NCBI GenBank assembly: GCA_951406725.2
Contig: OX597830.1
Location: forward strand, 66,836,001-66,900,000
Reading direction: 5' to 3'
Length of the DNA: 64,000 nt
From: Octopus vulgaris
Lineage: Eukaryota
Positions within the stretch are counted from its first letter, which is position 1; each line of letters begins with the position of its first letter. The notes under the pieces are model-generated. The model ran no database searches and was not told where the DNA came from. It was given only the letters and a program-made list of their open reading frames with translations. Made by a program: the position numbers and the translations under genes. Of this stretch, positions 58,923-64,000 are shown piece after piece.

Positions 58923-59945
58923 AGTATATGTATATATGTATGTGTGTGGATATATATGTGTGTGTGTATGTGTATGCATGTGCATATATGTACACACACA
59001 CACACACACACAAAAATCACATGTGCACACACACACACACACATGTATGTATATGTATATATATGTGTGTGCATGTGTGTGTGCATGTGTGTGTATACGT
59101 ACACACACACAAAAGTCACATGTGCACACACACACACACATATGTATGTATATGTATATATATGTGTGTGTGTATATGTGTGTGCATGTGTGTGTGTGTG
59201 CATGTGTGTGTATACGTACACACACACAAAAATCACATGTGCACACACACACACACACATGTATGTATATGTATATATATGTGTGTGTATATATGTGTGT
59301 GCATGTGTGTGTATACGTACACACACACACAAAAAACACATGTGCACACACACACACACACACACATGTATGTATATGTATATATATGTGTGTATATATA
59401 TGTGTGTGCATGTGTGTGTGTGTGTGCATGTGTGTGTATACGTACACACACACAAAAATCACATGTGCACACACACACACACACACATGTATGTATATGT
59501 ATATATATGTGTGTATATATGTGTGCATGTGTGTGTATACGTACACACACACACAAAAAACACATGTGCACACACACACACACACATGTATATGTATATA
59601 TATGTGTGTGTATATATGTGTGTGCATGTGTGTGTGTGTGCATGTGTGTGTATACGTACACACACACAAAAATCACATGTGCACACACACACACACACAC
59701 ATGTATGTATATGTATATATATGTGTGTGTATATATGTGTGTGCTTGTGTGTGTGTGCATGTGTGTGTATACGTACACACACACAAAAGTCACATGTGCA
59801 CACACACACACATGTATGTATATGTATATATATGTATATATATGTGTGTGTATATATTTGTGTGTGTGTGTGTGTATGTGTGTGTGGTGCATGTGTATGC
59901 ACATGCACACCAACAACACATGTGCACACACACACACATCTACAC
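58888..59945. repeat. Compound minisatellite (~115-125-bp unit built from CA/TG/TA tracts), 8-9 units
   Basis: The anchor gtatacgtacacacacacaaaaa(t/g/a)cacatgtgcacac recurs at regular spacing. Confidence 0.9.
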
Positions 59946-60377
59946 ACATATATAGGCTTGTATGTTATCAAACTAAAGAATGAAAACCTGTGTGTTTATA
60001 TAAAAACAACAAAATATAATATACTAACAATATATATTATGGCAAAAAAAAACCCCCAAAAAAACTATATTCAATAGATATAATGATTAAACAGTTTCAT
60101 GCTTAGTTAACAACTTGGCTAATTTAGCTAAATTCAGCTGTGAATAAAGCTTTAACTATTCTTACATAAAGAAATAGCCAAAATTAACCCCACCGCCACC
60201 AAGACCACCACGACCACGACCACTACCACCACCTATACTACCACCACCACTCTTTACCACACAGACACACAGACATGCACGTGCACATGCACACACACAC
60301 ACACACACACCATTTGCACATGCACACATACGCACACACATATATATCTATCTATCATATTTATATATATATATATA

Positions 60378-60433
<56 letters not shown>

Positions 60434-60459
60434 TATAAATATATATATATAAATATATA

Positions 60460-60552
<93 letters not shown>

Positions 60553-60570
60553 GTAGAGAGAGATAGAGAG

Positions 60571-60617
<47 letters not shown>

Positions 60618-61047
60618 GTGTGTGTGTGTGTGTGTGTGTGTGCATATGTGTTGGTGGGTGTCTGTTGTTACACATTTATTCTTCCAAGCTAGTTTGGCTA
60701 GAGTAGTTTTTGCAAAATTTGAGTACATTGCAAAAAAATGTTGATGGTGCAATAATTTTTTTACAGAGGGATACTCTTCCTGTCACCTGACCACTCAGTT
60801 GTGGAGGTGAAGTGGGAGGTATGTGTCTACATTTGTCTTTCATATAAAAGCAATTGATACATACAAACATAACATACTGCTTATTAGGTTATGTACCAAC
60901 AAATTTACATAGAAAAACCTTGAAATACAAAATGCACTCAGTGCTTTTTATGTGGCACAAGCACTAGTGGGGTAACCAAGTAATTCAGGAAACAAGCCCA
61001 GTCAAGTGAGAGGGGAATAGTACTGAAGGAGTTGGCTTTATGCCAGG

Positions 61048-61265
61048 TGGTGGAAGTGCATGGCCTAGTGGTTAGGGTGTTAGACTTATGATCATAAGAT
61101 TGTGGTTTCAAATCCTGGACTGAGCAACATGTTGTGTTCTTGAGCAAAATAATTTCATGTTATTCCAGTCCACTCAGCTAGCAAAAATGAGTAATCCTGT
61201 GATAGACTAGCGTTCTGTCCTGGTGTGGGATATATACAGCATGAAACTGGGAAACCTGTCCTTAT
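61048..61265 (+). mobile_element. Diverged SINE (C/D-type head, D-like tail)
   Basis: gtggaagtgcatggcctagtggttaggg...gaaactgggaaacctgtccttatgag. Confidence 0.7.
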
Positions 61266-61269
61266 GAGG

Positions 61270-61612
61270 TGCAAGAGTGGCTGTGAGGTAAGTATCTTGC
61301 TTACCAACCACATGGTTCTGGGTTCAGTCCCACTGCGTGGCACTCTGAGCAGGTGTCTTCTACTATAGCCTTGGGCTGACCAAAGCCTTGTGAGTGGATT
61401 TGGTAGATGGAAACTGAAAGAAGCCCGTTGTAAATATATATATATATATATATATATGTGCGTGTGTGTGTTTATTCTCCCCCCCCCCCCCCAACATCGC
61501 TTGACAACCGATGGTGGTGTGTTTATGTCCCTGTCACTTAGCAGTTTGGCAAAAGAGACCGATAGAATAAGTACTAGGCTTACAAAGAATAAGTCCTGGG
61601 GGTCGATTTGCT
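61270..61612 (+). mobile_element. SINE family A
   Basis: Similarity to the other A copies. Confidence 0.85.
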
Positions 61613-61667
61613 AAGACTTCCTTTCTTTTATCTATGGTAAAGTTCTCAAAGCATTTTCTTCTTTTTA

Positions 61668-61875
61668 TTTACTCTTTTATTTGTTTCAGTCATTTGACTG
61701 TGGCCATGCTGGAGCACCACCTTTTAGTCGAGCAAATCAACCTCAGGACTTATTCTTTGTAAGCCTAGTATTTATTCTATTGGTCACTAATGCCCGAACC
61801 GCTAAGTTACAGGGACATAAACACAACAGCATTGGTTGCCAGGTGATGTTGGGGGGACAAACACAGACACACAAG

Positions 61876-61934
<59 letters not shown>

Positions 61935-62151
61935 ACACGCACGCACGCACACACACGCATGCAAACACACAAACACGCATATATATATATACATATATAC
62001 GATGGGCTTCTTTCAATTTCTGTCTACCAAATCCACTCACAAGGCTTTGGTCAACCAAAGTAGAAGACACTATAGTAGAAGACACTTGCCCAAGGTTCCA
62101 CGCAGTGGGACTGAACTCGGAAGCTACTTACCACACAGCCACTCCTATGCC
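61668..62151 (-). mobile_element. SINE family A
   Basis: Similarity to the other A copies; expanded (CA)n. Confidence 0.85.
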
Positions 62152-62166
62152 TACATTTATCTTTTT

Positions 62167-62380
62167 TACCTTTTAGCATTTAAACAGGTCACATCCAGCC
62201 CAAATATTGTACCTGTTTTACGTTCAACCAAGCCGAACCTGGCCTCTCACATTTATGCTACAATGTCATTCTAGAAAGAAGCAATCACATCATTAAAAGT
62301 CTCAAAGCTACAAGATAATGCATGATTAATTCAAAACAATAGGCATTTCATTTGAGAGAGTAAGCTGAATGCTAATGGGT
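62167..62380. mobile_element. Second TTAA-type MITE family, diverged copy
   Basis: ccttttagcattta ... tgaatgctaatggg termini; related to 15869-16431. Confidence 0.55.
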
Positions 62381-62590
62381 TGATCTATATTTACTTGTGT
62401 GAAGCCTCTTAACCTTTCCAATACACACACACACAGGGATACAAATATATATATATATATATATTCTGAAATATAACAATATCTGATTCAACATGATTTC
62501 ACATCAAGAATCTTTCAAAACAGACACACACACACATACATACATGTTGAGTGCCTCTTTCTTTCGTTTATCCACTCACCCGTGTATGTT

Positions 62591-62622
<32 letters not shown>

Positions 62623-62948
62623 GTGTCGGTGGCACGTAAAAAGCACCATCCGAATCGTGGCCGAAGCCAGTGCCACCTCGACTGGCTTCCATGCAGGTGG
62701 CACGTAAAATGCACCAATCCGACCGTGGCCGATGCTGGCCTCGCCTGGCACCAGTGCAGGTGGCACGTAAAAAGCACCCACTACACTCACGGAGTGGTTG
62801 GCGTTAGGAAGTGCATCCAGCTGTAGAAACATTGCCAGATAAGACCGGAGCCTGGTGCAGCCTTCTGGCTTCCCAGATCCCCGGTTGAACCGTCCAACCC
62901 ATGCTAGCATGGAGAACGGACGTTAAACAATGATGATGATGATGATGA
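62623..62948 (+). mobile_element. RTE 3' fragment, 3 UTR units
   Basis: gtggcacgtaaaa units and (gat)n tail. Confidence 0.85.
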
Positions 62949-63254
62949 TATATATATTTATATATATATTAATGAATATACACACATGCACACAAACACA
63001 TAAATGCATACATTAATGTTTGTTTTTATGTGTAGCTAAATATATAAAAGAGTCAAACAGTAATTGAAGGATCACTCCATAGATTTTAAGTAGAGTATTA
63101 CATTTATTTCCACAAAGAAAAGGTTGACAGTGACTTTCAACTTTTGCTGGTCATTGGCTTTGTCTGAATGTCGGACAAAGTCAATGACCGTCAAAAACCT
63201 TTCTGCAACTGTGTGTGTGTGTGTGCGTTTGTGTTAGTGTGTGTATGTTTCCCA

Positions 63255-63810
<556 letters not shown>

Positions 63811-64000
63811 TACTGCCGTGTGTGTATGTGTGCGTATAGCTGCTCAGTGCCTCTCCGAAAGAGAGAGAGGAATATATATATATATATATATATATACATA
63901 CAAAATATAGAGGAATGATCTCTAAAGTGGTCACCCTTTATGCTAAACATAGACGTCAAATCGCCATTACTAGGAAGAATGTGTTCTCAAAAAAAATCTC

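Noticed and set aside
58822-60077. 300-400 aa His/Thr/Cys/Val-rich ORFs
   Set aside because: Translations of CA/TG/TA repeats, open in nearly all frames.

Overview
AT-rich, repeat-dense eukaryotic genomic DNA. The SINE, RTE and microsatellite content resembles an octopus genome; this is recognition of repeat style, not a database hit. No intact protein-coding gene could be identified. Almost every ORF in the track is a microsatellite, satellite or SINE artefact. The window holds at least four tRNA-derived SINE types (about 30 copies), many 5'-truncated 3' ends of one RTE-clade LINE, CR1-type LINE fragments, two mariners and a Tc1 fragment. It also holds MITEs with piggyBac (TTAA), hAT (8-bp TSD) and Mutator (9-bp TSD) signatures, a probable solo LTR, a Helitron-like element, a ~5-kb 13-bp satellite with higher-order structure and several minisatellites. 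A TE-poor stretch (~2.25-9.85 kb) looks like a terminal exon with a long 3' UTR. The most interesting signals are short (TA)n-embedded repeats carrying minimal hammerhead-ribozyme-like motifs with covarying helix I, a fold-back palindrome split by an insertion with an 8-bp duplication, and a structured ~62-nt tandem module in the RTE 3' UTR. All coordinates were read by eye, so diverged element ends are approximate.
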